Made by a program: the position numbers and the translations under genes. From an uncultured delta proteobacterium (GTDB lineage: Bacteria > Desulfobacterota > BSN033 > UBA1163): a DNA stretch of 64,000 nucleotides. Each line of letters starts with the position of its first letter. Positions within the stretch are counted from its first letter, which is position 1. Location of the stretch: NCBI GenBank assembly GCA_963708295.1, contig CAVPSJ010000015.1, positions 256,001 through 320,000 on the forward strand, written 5' to 3'. Below are positions 30,524 to 40,144 of this stretch, piece after piece. The notes beneath the pieces were generated by a model. The model was not told where the DNA came from, ran no database searches, and saw only the letters and a program-made list of their open reading frames with translations.

Positions 30524-31636
30524 ATGAAAAAGAGTCCGCCTCAGGGGATGGATCGCCGGACATTTCTCAAGGCCAGCGGTGCGATCGGCTTAGGAACGGT
30601 GGCAACTTTTGGCCCCGGCGGGGACATTTCAGCACCGCCGGGCTCGCCGGTGGCCGGCAAGAGCACCGGGGAAATGATCGATATGTTCCCCCACATTCTG
30701 CCCGCGAAATATAATAAGGCTTTACTAAAGAAGGCCAAGCCCTGTTATTACCTCGAAGCAAACCGGGTCCGGCCGGCACTGGCCAATCTTGAGGAGAGAT
30801 TTAAGTTTATGGACAAGGTCGAGGGGCTTCGTGAAGTATTAACCCTTGGCTCGCCACCCCCGGAATATGCGCTTTCTCCGAGGGATGCCGTCGACCTGGT
30901 TCGAATGGCGAACGATGAGATGGCGGAGTTAGTCGACAAGTACCCGGACCGTTTTCCTGCTGCCGTGGCTTCGCTTCCTATGAATGACCTGGATGCCTCG
31001 CTCCGTGAAATAGACCGGGCTGTTCATGATCTCAAATTCAAGGGGGTCCAAATCTTCACCTCTATCAACGGAAAAGCGCTGGATCGTCCCGAGTTCTTTG
31101 CGATTTATGAGAAGATGGCCCAGTATGATCTTCCGATCTGGCTCCACCCCTGCAGAGATCAGGACGTTCCGGACTATCCTGGCGAAAAGGCGGCAAAGTA
31201 CGGCCTGTTTCTTTTTTTTGGGTGGCCTTACGAGACCACCCTGGCATTAGGGCGTCTCGTTTTCAGCGGTGTGATGGAAAAATATTCCAATCTGAGATGG
31301 ATCGCCCATCACTGCGGCGCAATGATTCCATTCCTGACCGCGCGGATCGCTCCTCAGCCACTGCAGGATGGAGAAATCATGAAACTCGCCAAGCCCCCGA
31401 TCGAGTACTTTAAGAGGATTTATGCCGATACTGTTTTGGGCGGGAATACGGCGTCCATGATGTGCGGCTACGCCTTCTTCGGCGCCGATCATATGCTTTT
31501 CGGGACAGACTACCCCTATCCGGGGGACGCCGCGCACGAAGCCATCATTGAAGCCATTGGGCGAATGAATATCACGGGGCAAGAGAAAGCCAACATTTTT
31601 TCTAAAAACGCAAAGCAGTTATTGAAACTGGCCTGA
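30524..31636 (+). CDS. Amidohydrolase_2 family enzyme with Tat signal peptide
   Basis: MDRRTFLK twin-arginine motif; IDMFPHILP, IWLHP, AHHCGAMIP, FGTDYP. Confidence 0.85.
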   Translation: MKKSPPQGMDRRTFLKASGAIGLGTVATFGPGGDISAPPGSPVAGKSTGEMIDMFPHILPAKYNKALLKKAKPCYYLEANRVRPALANLEERFKFMDKVEGLREVLTLGSPPPEYALSPRDAVDLVRMANDEMAELVDKYPDRFPAAVASLPMNDLDASLREIDRAVHDLKFKGVQIFTSINGKALDRPEFFAIYEKMAQYDLPIWLHPCRDQDVPDYPGEKAAKYGLFLFFGWPYETTLALGRLVFSGVMEKYSNLRWIAHHCGAMIPFLTARIAPQPLQDGEIMKLAKPPIEYFKRIYADTVLGGNTASMMCGYAFFGADHMLFGTDYPYPGDAAHEAIIEAIGRMNITGQEKANIFSKNAKQLLKLA

Positions 31637-31966
31637 TTAAGAAATTGAACGTGTATCGGACGAGTTGAATGCTCCACCCACTTCTCTTCCGTCCAAGGTA
31701 GGTATGTGAATCAACGATTCCCGCGAGAAATGTGTATAAGTAAAAGAAGCAGGCGAGAGTGGGCTACGGTCAACAACCCACTCCCTTTAGTCCAATTCTC
31801 ATCAGAGAGTTGGTCTTTGGAGGCCCACTTCGGAAGCCTACTTCGGCAATTCAAATGTTCTGGTGTCTCCGTCTATCTTTGCCTTGCGTCTGGCGACATG
31901 GGTTTGACGGCTATCGATAGCCGCACGCCCACCCGCGCCTTAATTGGGTTCACAAGGAAAGTTTCC

Positions 31967-32437
31967 TTATTCGTCGATCATCATGCGGTCGTGAGCACCC
32001 TTGGGTTGTGGCGGGGTAAAAATATTAAAGATCAATAATTCTTTGCCAGGAAGCGCACGGGTCGCATGGGCCACACCTCGGGGACAGACATGCAGGTCGC
32101 CGGCTTTAATTGGGACCCATTTGCCGTTGACATACATTTCTCCTTCCCCCTTATACACAAACACAATTTCATCCACCGTGACGTGAATATGCCTCCCGAT
32201 ACCTTTGGGATCTTTATTGGACCCGATAAATACCGCGGAGCGGGGGGATGAAAAAACATTGTCCGAACGCCCCACTTCGCCTTCTTTTATAGGGTTCTTC
32301 GCAAACCACTCGTCAAGATGAATCAGGACACCTTCCCCTGGGCTTGCGTCGATGAGGTATTTTGCCGTAGGAGCCGCTAATACTTGTCCAATTACAAAAG
32401 CCGCCAATATGGACCCAATAATTAAAATAGTACGCAT
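31967..32437 (-). CDS. Secreted cupin-domain protein
   Basis: Signal peptide; HIH...DEIVFVYKGEG and GDLHVCPRGVAH cupin motifs. Confidence 0.85.
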   Translation of the reverse strand: MRTILIIGSILAAFVIGQVLAAPTAKYLIDASPGEGVLIHLDEWFAKNPIKEGEVGRSDNVFSSPRSAVFIGSNKDPKGIGRHIHVTVDEIVFVYKGEGEMYVNGKWVPIKAGDLHVCPRGVAHATRALPGKELLIFNIFTPPQPKGAHDRMMIDE

Positions 32438-32519
32438 TTGACAATCCTCCTTTTTGGTTTTTTTGTAAAACGGGTCTAATCTATTTGTGACCGAGAATAT
32501 TTTGAAATTAAAACGTGAC

Positions 32520-32912
32520 TCAATCCTTTTTCGCTTGGAGTTTTGCTAAGCCTTGGTCGATAAGATAGGCAAAAGTACCTCTCCCAACCAAATTGCGTGC
32601 GGTCCCCTCTCCATCTGTTTGTTTTGCATGATCGAGTAACGAGTCCCAATCTTTGACGCTTTTACCCGGTTCCCCCAAACCGACCAATGCTGCGAGTTCA
32701 GCACGTTCATCTTTAGGTAAATCACTGACCATTGTTTCTAATTGAATTCGTATCGGATCGCTGAAATATTCTTTCATCCTTTCACTGTTCCGTTCATCTT
32801 TTGCAAGGTCCGAAGATTGGGGTTTATCAGTATAAACATCATGTAAATCTCTGGCTAAGTTCCTGATCCTTAGGATGACTTCTCTTTTTAGTTTCATGAC
32901 TGGTCTCATCAC
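32520..32912 (-). CDS. DUF3775-like protein
   Basis: ERAELAALVGLG...DW...TARNL...AYLIDQGLAKL pattern. Confidence 0.65.
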   Translation of the reverse strand: MMRPVMKLKREVILRIRNLARDLHDVYTDKPQSSDLAKDERNSERMKEYFSDPIRIQLETMVSDLPKDERAELAALVGLGEPGKSVKDWDSLLDHAKQTDGEGTARNLVGRGTFAYLIDQGLAKLQAKKD

Positions 32913-33502
32913 CGTGAAGAGTTTGGCTTTGTCGGATGAATCGTATTTTCGTCTTAGGAATACAACTCACAAATATCAGGAATACTTTTTTTGTCAATAG
33001 CAAAAATAAGATTGTGAAAATTATCTTTTTCAGCAGCAGAAATCGTAACCACCGGCGCCGCTCTTTTTGTTAGGCCCAACTGCCCTCGATTGTACTGGCA
33101 AGATTTGCCGACATAACGTCAGCTAAGGATGTTGGCTGAAGATAACCTACTACCCCACACTCGAAGACGCCTCTTGAAGTTAAAGATGTCGGATTGAAAC
33201 ACACAGGAGCAAGCGATCAGCCCCTCTTGTGGAGGGGCCAACTCCTTCGCCCCTAAAGATCCACTCTCCAATCATCTCATGAATCCATCGGGTATCCCGG
33301 GTTCGGATGGAAGGAAGGGGCAGAGAATGGAATCTGGGAATCTGAATAATCGATGGGAATCGTTATAGAGGTGTCTTCTTGAGTGCTAAGAATTCTGCTG
33401 CTCTCGCGCTTCATTCTTGGATTCCTTGGATCCAGGGCAGCCAACGCAGATTAGGGATCGGGTATCGCGCCCGATCCCTGCTTCCGCGCCGAAAACTTGC
33501 TG

Positions 33503-34567
33503 TTAGAAGTAGTGTCCTTCGCGCACTGTTTTGATTCGATACAGCCGCATCGGGAATGCGGTTACGACGTACAGCGAACCGGTGTCGGCGTCCCGGCCGA
33601 AACCGAGATTCGTCGTCAATCCTTCACTCGGTACCGGAAGGCGCTCCACGATTTGTCCTTCCGGGTTCAGCACCACAATGCCCCTGCCCGGAGCCTTGGC
33701 ATTGCCGTTATGCATCGCCAGATACAGGTTGCCCTGACGATCCATGGTCATCCCGTCGACCATCAGTTCGTCATTGCGGAAGAACAGCCGGCCGTGAGAA
33801 ATGTTGCCGCCTGAGTCGAGGTCGTAGACCACAACGCCGCCCAGCGTGATGCCGAATTTATCGACGGCAGGGCCGTTCGGGTTGGTTGGCAAGGGCTTGG
33901 CATTAGCGGCCGAGACGTACAGCCGCTTACCATCAGGCGAGACTTCGATGCCGTTTGGCCTGAAGATGTCGGTCGAGAGCTGCGTGACCTTCCCGTCGGG
34001 ATCGGCCCGGTACACCGCGTTCGGCAGTTCCATCGGCTCCTGGCCACCGTAACGTGCGTCGGTGAAATAGACCCGTCCCTTTGCGTCGCTGGTGAGGTCG
34101 TTCGGACCGTTGAAGTGCTTCCCCTGGTAGCGGTCGGCGACCACGGACATGGCTCCGGTGGCGAGCTTGCGTCGCATTATCGCGCGCCCGCCTCCCTTTC
34201 CCTCGCCGCCCGAGTCCTGGGCAATCAGCAGATCGCCATTGCGGTCAAAGTGCAGCCCGTTTGACATCCCGCTCGGCTCCAGGTACTTGGTCGTCTGGCC
34301 GGTGGCGGGGTCGAAGCGAAAGATGGTACCACCGGGATTATCCGGTCCCGGAGGAAGTGCACGCGTCATGCTGCTAAAATAGACGATGCCGTTGGCGGCG
34401 GCCACCACGCCTTCGCCGAAAACCATGCCTTCCCGTGATACCTCTTTCCACGTGGCGCCCGGTGCAACAAATCCGGTCGGCGTCTGCCGCATTCCCGCGC
34501 AGGCAGTAAGCAACGCGCAGACAAGCCCCACTATTCCGATCCTAATGAAACGTTGTGATTTGGCCAT
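33503..34567 (-). CDS. SMP-30/gluconolactonase family lipoprotein
   Basis: Lipobox LLTAC; FGEG, SNGL, FNGPNDL...GRVYFTD, PNGIEVSPDG, VDGMTMD; GC-richer than flanks. Confidence 0.9.
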   Translation of the reverse strand: MAKSQRFIRIGIVGLVCALLTACAGMRQTPTGFVAPGATWKEVSREGMVFGEGVVAAANGIVYFSSMTRALPPGPDNPGGTIFRFDPATGQTTKYLEPSGMSNGLHFDRNGDLLIAQDSGGEGKGGGRAIMRRKLATGAMSVVADRYQGKHFNGPNDLTSDAKGRVYFTDARYGGQEPMELPNAVYRADPDGKVTQLSTDIFRPNGIEVSPDGKRLYVSAANAKPLPTNPNGPAVDKFGITLGGVVVYDLDSGGNISHGRLFFRNDELMVDGMTMDRQGNLYLAMHNGNAKAPGRGIVVLNPEGQIVERLPVPSEGLTTNLGFGRDADTGSLYVVTAFPMRLYRIKTVREGHYF

Positions 34568-34617
34568 GATCTCCTCCTGTGTAAGTGAAGTGAGTGAAAA
34601 GAAAGTGATTTGGATGG

Positions 34618-34653
34618 GTTGAATGTACGAAAAAGGGAGTAGTCTGTCAAGAA
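34618..34653 (-). promoter_or_regulatory. sigma70-type promoter module, copy 2
   Basis: Minus strand TTCTTGACA-N17-TACATT-CAAC; 31/36 identical to 13726-13761. Confidence 0.7.
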
Positions 34654-35240
34654 ATAAGAACACTGATGATTACCCAATACATATCGTGCATGCTTAGACA
34701 AAATACCGGGTTGTTGATTTCGGGAAGAGCTTTTCTTTTTTCCAAAACCCTGTTGGTCCGGATATCGATTTAACGCTTCCACCAAGTCCTTAGGGACAAA
34801 CATAATCAGGAATCGAAGATTACGATGAAAGCATCTGGTGTATTTTACTTACTTATGGCTTCTTAGTGTCTTTCTCTGTCTTGATTACTGTTTGTTCATA
34901 AGGTTCAGACATGAGCCGCTCCCAATCATCAAGGGGTCTGTCACCTTTGCCACTCTCAGGATGCCATTCCTTAATCCGTCTTGGCTTAGATTTACTGTTT
35001 GTCTTAATTGCCATTTGTCTTTGCCTCCTTCTGAGGCTTAACATACTTCGTCAGTTTGTACCAGACCCTATTAGACCCTGCCCCTTTATCTGAGACCTCA
35101 AACTCAGCGTGTATCTTTTCAATGGTCATTCCACTTCCTTTAAGCCAGCGAATGTGACGCATAAATTTGCATCAGGCCACTTCCCCCATATAAGATGCAT
35201 TGCTTGGTCTTCTGTGGATTTTCTTCCGGTTATTACGACT

Positions 35241-35402
35241 TGACCTTCCCCCGATTTGATGGACACAGCTAATAATTTGCATAATAGGGTAGGAGGTGCC
35301 TATGGGGGGGGGAAGAATCGTCACTTCAGCCGGGAGTTCAAGCGAGATGCAGTGCAGTTAGTCACAGAGAAAGGGATGCCGGTAGGCAAGGTAGTGGAAT
35401 GA
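35241..35402 (+). mobile_element. Truncated IS3-family element (left end plus start of orfA)
   Basis: Starts TGACCTTCCCCCGATTTGATGGACAC; SD AGGAGG; encodes KNRHFSREFKRDAVQLVTEKGMPV then stops. Confidence 0.75.
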
Positions 35403-35408
35403 TTCTCT

Positions 35409-36599
35409 TCATCCATCTCTCCATCTTAGGGCCTCCGACGAGATCAATTCTCGGCGCACTTGCCGACGTCGCTCCCTTGGAAAAGAAATCGTGATTGCCG
35501 TCCATTTCCCCGCTTCGCTTTCGACCCAGATCTTTCCTCCCTGCTCCTCCACCACTCTTTTTGCAAAGGTCAGTCCAAATCCCACTCGATCGGGTCGTGT
35601 AGAAAAAAAAGGATCAAAAATTCGACCGATGTTCTCTTTTGCAATCCCTTCCCCATTATCAGAGATAGAGATCCCCACAGTTTCCTCATTCCCCAAAATG
35701 GTCACATTCAATCTCGCCCGCTCCTTCCCCACAGGTATCCGTGTTATTGCTTCCAGGCTGTTTTCAAAAATATGCGACAGAGCCTTGATCGCCAAACTCT
35801 TATCGATGAAGAAACTCCCTTCACCCTTTAAAGCTTCTGTGTCTAAGTTGACGCAGACCCCCTTCTCAGTTGCCATTTTGGAAATGGTCTGGAGCGCTGC
35901 GTCAACTACCTCCTGAATCTTCTCCCTTTGAAGAGTAGGCCTCGGAATCAGAATGTACTCCTCCACCCGCTGAATCATCGTCTCCAGTCTCCTCGTCTCT
36001 CGAACGACTTGATCAAGATAGAACTCGCGCTTTTCAGAGACTAAGTTTGGCTTGAGAAGACGCTGCGTAAATCCTCCGATAGAGACAATCGGGTTTCGAA
36101 CCTGATGGGCAATTTCTTCCACAATTTTTCCGAGGCTTACCCAATGCTCCGCTTCCAATCTCTCCCTCTCCATTTTTTTCAACCGCTGAATTTCCTGTAA
36201 GGAAAAAGTTAAAAAAACCTCTCCCTCTTCCTCGAAAGAAGCGGTGGAGATGTAGACAAAGATTTTTGTCCCGTTCTTCTGTCTTAAAAGGGCTTCCCCT
36301 TCAAAGCCGTTTTTGTAAACGGTAAAATAAACAATATTCGGAAGAAAATAGGTCAGATCGTCTTCCAGGAAGAGGACGCTCATCCGCTGCCCCTCAATCT
36401 CGCTCCTCGCATAACCGAAAACACGCTCAGTGAACAGGTTGCTGTACACAACCTTTAAGTGGGCATCGGTGATGATAAAGGCCACTTGAATCAAATCGAG
36501 GAGGTCGTGTCTGCTTTTTGTAATCTCAACCCTCATTGATTCCATTCCAATTGATTTTGATAAACGATGGAACATCGACGTCTTTATCCTTTTTACCAT
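35409..36599 (-). CDS. PAS-domain sensor histidine kinase
   Basis: PAS region; EIAHQVRNP H-box, FENSLEA, ISDNGEGI, IFDPFFSTR, GFGLTF. Confidence 0.9.
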   Translation of the reverse strand: MVKRIKTSMFHRLSKSIGMESMRVEITKSRHDLLDLIQVAFIITDAHLKVVYSNLFTERVFGYARSEIEGQRMSVLFLEDDLTYFLPNIVYFTVYKNGFEGEALLRQKNGTKIFVYISTASFEEEGEVFLTFSLQEIQRLKKMERERLEAEHWVSLGKIVEEIAHQVRNPIVSIGGFTQRLLKPNLVSEKREFYLDQVVRETRRLETMIQRVEEYILIPRPTLQREKIQEVVDAALQTISKMATEKGVCVNLDTEALKGEGSFFIDKSLAIKALSHIFENSLEAITRIPVGKERARLNVTILGNEETVGISISDNGEGIAKENIGRIFDPFFSTRPDRVGFGLTFAKRVVEEQGGKIWVESEAGKWTAITISFPRERRRQVRRELISSEALRWRDG

Positions 36600-36985
36600 A
36601 GGTTTGGGTTTATCGGGAACTAAAAAAAACCTCTTGGAGGCTTCCTACTGGAACCTTCTGAAAATCCAATGTGACAACCCGCTCCAAACGGTTGAGGTTG
36701 GATTGAGATGGTTGGCTCCTGGAAACGATATGTCTTTTTCTTGAAAAGAGCCTAAAAATCAAATGAGACAAGTCGATGAGGATGATAAGGGCAGGAGGCA
36801 TCCCATGCGGCATATTATTTTCCATACTTCATCAGCCTTTATCGTGTTGATTTCCGTTTGAAAGTTCCTCCTCCCCGACAGCCAGATATCTTTCAACGAT
36901 CTGTACCTTCCGAAAGGTTTGGGTTTGAAAGACCTATCAAAACTTTGAATCAGAGGATAATGACCACCTATCGATTACCAATAAA

Positions 36986-37022
36986 CAAAAAAGGCAGGAC
37001 CATCTTCGATCCTGCCTTTTCC
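36986..37022 (-). terminator. Intrinsic terminator of PEP-CTERM gene
   Basis: AAAAAAGGCAGGA...TCCTGCCTTTT hairpin just after the stop codon. Confidence 0.75.
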
Positions 37023-37042
37023 TCCTCGAATCTGGGATTGAT

Positions 37043-37693
37043 TCACATTTTGAAGAACCTCTTCCTCCCGTACCCTGCAAGGCCGATTAACCCGGAGCCA
37101 AGAAGGAACAGAGTGGCGGGTTCGGGAACCGGCATATTGCTGATATCACCACTCAGAAGTTCGCTACTTCTGAAAGCTCCAGGTGGCGAACCTGATGCAA
37201 GAAAGCTTATATTAAAGTTTCCCGAATAAGTCATATTGGGTAGTCCAAAATAGGCAAGCAATTCCGGATCCTTGGTATCGAAGAAACCTGGGATTGCAAC
37301 TTTATAAGTAGGACCGACAGCAGCGACTTGCATACTCGTGAAACTCCCGGTAAGCAGAGTTGTAGATCCGTCTGAAATAGTAATCGATCCACCAGGACCA
37401 AAATACCAATGGGATGAATCAGTCGTTACTAAATTGCCTGTATGAAAGTTTAAGAAGTAACCAACAAGAGGCTTTGGCACACCACTGTTAAGTGGGGTTC
37501 CAATGCCGGTCACGTTATCGACGTCAATGCCGGTCCCATAAAGCGGGGTAATCCCACCCGTGTAGTACACAGATCCCCCTGTCGGAGCAATGACGCCAAA
37601 ATCAATTATGCCGTCGGCCATGACCGGTGATGGAGTGAAGCTTAACCCCAATGCCAGAATCAATCCTGCTGCTACGATTAAAACTTTCTTCAT
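37043..37693 (-). CDS. PEP-CTERM sorting-domain protein
   Basis: Signal peptide; C-terminal VPEPATLFLLGSGLIGLAGYGRKRFFKM. Confidence 0.93.
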   Translation of the reverse strand: MKKVLIVAAGLILALGLSFTPSPVMADGIIDFGVIAPTGGSVYYTGGITPLYGTGIDVDNVTGIGTPLNSGVPKPLVGYFLNFHTGNLVTTDSSHWYFGPGGSITISDGSTTLLTGSFTSMQVAAVGPTYKVAIPGFFDTKDPELLAYFGLPNMTYSGNFNISFLASGSPPGAFRSSELLSGDISNMPVPEPATLFLLGSGLIGLAGYGRKRFFKM

Positions 37694-37843
37694 TTTCTAT
37701 CCCTCCCTCAAAGTTGTTTCTTGTCTTAGCCGGCAAATCTTGAAATGTTGAGAAACAAGAATGATTCAGATTTTCTGTTTATCGACTCCTTTTTCCCTGA
37801 ACTTAAGCCAAAATGAAAATGCCGATCTACTAAGGATTTAGCC

Positions 37844-37915
37844 TTCGGCAGTTCGGCCATTTTCTTGGAAAAAACATCACTTTCCGTCCCCCCACTCAGG
37901 AAAGGCTTGGTTCTG
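37844..37915 (-). ncRNA. Degenerate GEMM-I riboswitch candidate in PEP-CTERM leader
   Basis: Minus strand AACCAAGCCTTTCCTGAGTGGGGGACGGAAAG...GGCCGAACTGCCGAA; GACGGAAAG core and 3' GCCGAA present; P2 loop and P3 imperfect. Confidence 0.5.
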
Positions 37916-37953
37916 CGGGAAGCATCTGGATACTTCATTCCTTAGCATTAATC

Positions 37954-37970
37954 AGCAATATTAATGCCAA
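37954..37970 (-). promoter_or_regulatory. sigma54 promoter of PEP-CTERM gene
   Basis: Minus strand TTGGCATTAATATTGCT. Confidence 0.8.
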
Positions 37971-38291
37971 ATGCTAAAAGTTGCTGTAAATGGCTGATAA
38001 CTTGAGACAATTCTTAACAACTGGATATTTAGAGAAAATGCGAAAATGGAAGATTTTTTCCTAAAGATCCCGAATCATTTCGTCAAAAGGATGAAAAAGG
38101 GTGAAAGGCGGTGAAAAACTTCGCTCACCTCTTTTTCAGGTCGATTTTGAATTGAAATTCATCGATTCGAGGCAAAATCGGCGAAGTACCCTTAGAGGAA
38201 GTTATCCACGCGCTTCTCCAATGCCTGTCAGCGATGGGTTTGAATAAGAGGGAAGGATAAAAAGATGGGCGATGCGGAGAACGCAAGAGGA

Positions 38292-39476
38292 TCAGGAAGG
38301 CGCGGGTTTTGAAAGTGAAGAAGCCACTTTCTTGTCTCTCACAAGAAACTGAAAATAGATGAGACTGAAGGTGCCGACGAGAGATAAGCAAACGAACATC
38401 ATCGGATAGCTGGTGACTTGGATGACCATGCCCATGACCGCCGGTCCCATGAATATCCCCAGGTCCGTCATTCCGGTCAGCGTCCCCATCGCTAAACTTC
38501 GGGAGGAACCCACACGATCAAGAATATAAACCACCAACGCAGGGTAGAAAAAGGCGTGCCCAATTCCCCAAATCAACCCGGCGAGAACAAACATGGAAAG
38601 CGTTTTAGAAAAAGCGATGATGATCGTGGAAACAATGAGAATGATAAGGCAAGGAAGGATGATTTTTTCGCTGCTGTAGAGATCCGAAACCCTGGCGCCC
38701 AAGACGCGGCTCAAAATAATCATGATGGCGATCATGGTGAAAAACAGTCCGGGATTGATCCCGCCCTGTCGGATGGCATAGAGAGGGAAGAAGGTGGTTA
38801 TTGCTCCCCAGATAAAAAAGAAGAAGAAACCCATCGTAGACGCCGGGAGCGCTTCCCGGCTGATCAAGAACCTGCTTGCGATGGAAGAGTCCTCCATCGG
38901 GGCGACTTGCCTACTTTTCAATTTGATAAGAATAAAGAAAGAGCCCAAGGATAGACCCAGGCAGACCAGGAAGAGCATGGTGAAGTCGAAGCGGTTGATC
39001 AGAAACATTCCGAGGGACGGACCCAGCGCCAGGGAGATATTCAGGGCCAGGAGAAAGTAGCTGAGGCTCTGTCCGCGGTGAGCTTCGGGGCTGATATTCG
39101 CAATCAATGTAAAGGAGGCGGTGTAGAAGAAGGCGTATCCAACTCCTTGAAAGACCCTGACCAAGAAGAAAGGCCAAAAGGGGAGGGCGACGAAGTAGCC
39201 GATGGAACCCAACCCGAAGAGGAGGGCACCGGTGATCATCATTTTTTTCTCGGGGGTTCGCAAGAGAATTTTACCCGTCAAAGGTCTGAGGACGAGTGAA
39301 GAAACGGTGAAGACTCCGATCAGAACCCCGATCTCCGTTTCCCTGGATCCCAATCTTGAAAGGTAGATCGGGAGGGTGGGAATGAGGATATGGTTTGCCA
39401 AGGTGAAGGTGAACTGGGCAAAGAATGCAAGGATGAAATCGCGAGTGAGTATCTTCCGGATCGCTTCTGTTCTCAT
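38292..39476 (-). CDS. MFS transporter
   Basis: About 12 TM segments; RVFQGVG, ISPEAHRGQSLSYF, ALGPSLG. Confidence 0.9.
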   Translation of the reverse strand: MRTEAIRKILTRDFILAFFAQFTFTLANHILIPTLPIYLSRLGSRETEIGVLIGVFTVSSLVLRPLTGKILLRTPEKKMMITGALLFGLGSIGYFVALPFWPFFLVRVFQGVGYAFFYTASFTLIANISPEAHRGQSLSYFLLALNISLALGPSLGMFLINRFDFTMLFLVCLGLSLGSFFILIKLKSRQVAPMEDSSIASRFLISREALPASTMGFFFFFIWGAITTFFPLYAIRQGGINPGLFFTMIAIMIILSRVLGARVSDLYSSEKIILPCLIILIVSTIIIAFSKTLSMFVLAGLIWGIGHAFFYPALVVYILDRVGSSRSLAMGTLTGMTDLGIFMGPAVMGMVIQVTSYPMMFVCLSLVGTFSLIYFQFLVRDKKVASSLSKPAPS

Positions 39477-39734
39477 CTCTTATTTTTTCCGTATGACCAA
39501 CATACAGTATTCTATTTTGTGATGAATTTTTCAACCGCCCTATCTTCTCTTGCTAAAGCCTCTCCCAGGAATCTCCAGGCGGGGGCTTATAAATAAATGG
39601 GGAAGGACAAGGTTCAGGAACCTCTTGACAGTGGGCACGTATGAATGTACGTTAGCGATGGAGCAAGTGGGTTTCACAACGGTCCTGTTGCCGCACCTCA
39701 GGGCATTAACCATGGATTCAAAGGGGAGGGGCTT

Positions 39735-40010
39735 ATGGAAAACGAAGAGACTTACCAAAGAGCGAGAAGGCGCGTGGAGGCCAAAATCGGATTTTACATC
39801 CATCTGGCTGTCTATGTCGGAGTCAACATTTTGCTGATCGTCATTAACCTCCTCACCGCTCCTCAATATCTCTGGTTTAAATGGCCTCTGATGGGCTGGG
39901 GGATTGGAGTTTTCTTCCACGGGATGTCCACCTTCTTTTTCACCGGAAAGAAATTCAAAGAGCTCAAGGACAGGATGATCGAAGAGGAGGTCAAAAAAGA
40001 ATCCCGCTGA
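39735..40010 (+). CDS. 2TM-domain protein
   Basis: YQRARRRVEAKIGFYIHLAVYVGVN...WPLMGWGIGVFFH. Confidence 0.85.
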   Translation: MENEETYQRARRRVEAKIGFYIHLAVYVGVNILLIVINLLTAPQYLWFKWPLMGWGIGVFFHGMSTFFFTGKKFKELKDRMIEEEVKKESR

Positions 40011-40144
40011 AGAGGAAACCTCTCGCACGGAGACGGGGAAGATCGATGGTTCGGAGCTCATCGAGTCGGGCCCTGGGATCAGCGGGAAACTTTATCGGCT
40101 TCTCCAGGAAAGGTTTTACGGGGAAGGGTAGCCATCTTCCCTTT

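Noticed and set aside
30431-31670. Invertible segment bounded by ATTCAACTC / GAGTTGAAT
   Set aside because: Only a 9-bp inverted match with no extension and no recombinase nearby; may be chance
33040-33130. Third GEMM riboswitch (GGCAAA...GGGCCTAA on the minus strand)
   Set aside because: No P2 stem with GNRA loop and no GACG(C/G)AAAG core
33365-33389. CIRCE element
   Set aside because: Only the GAGTGCTAA half-site is present and it is not upstream of a chaperone gene
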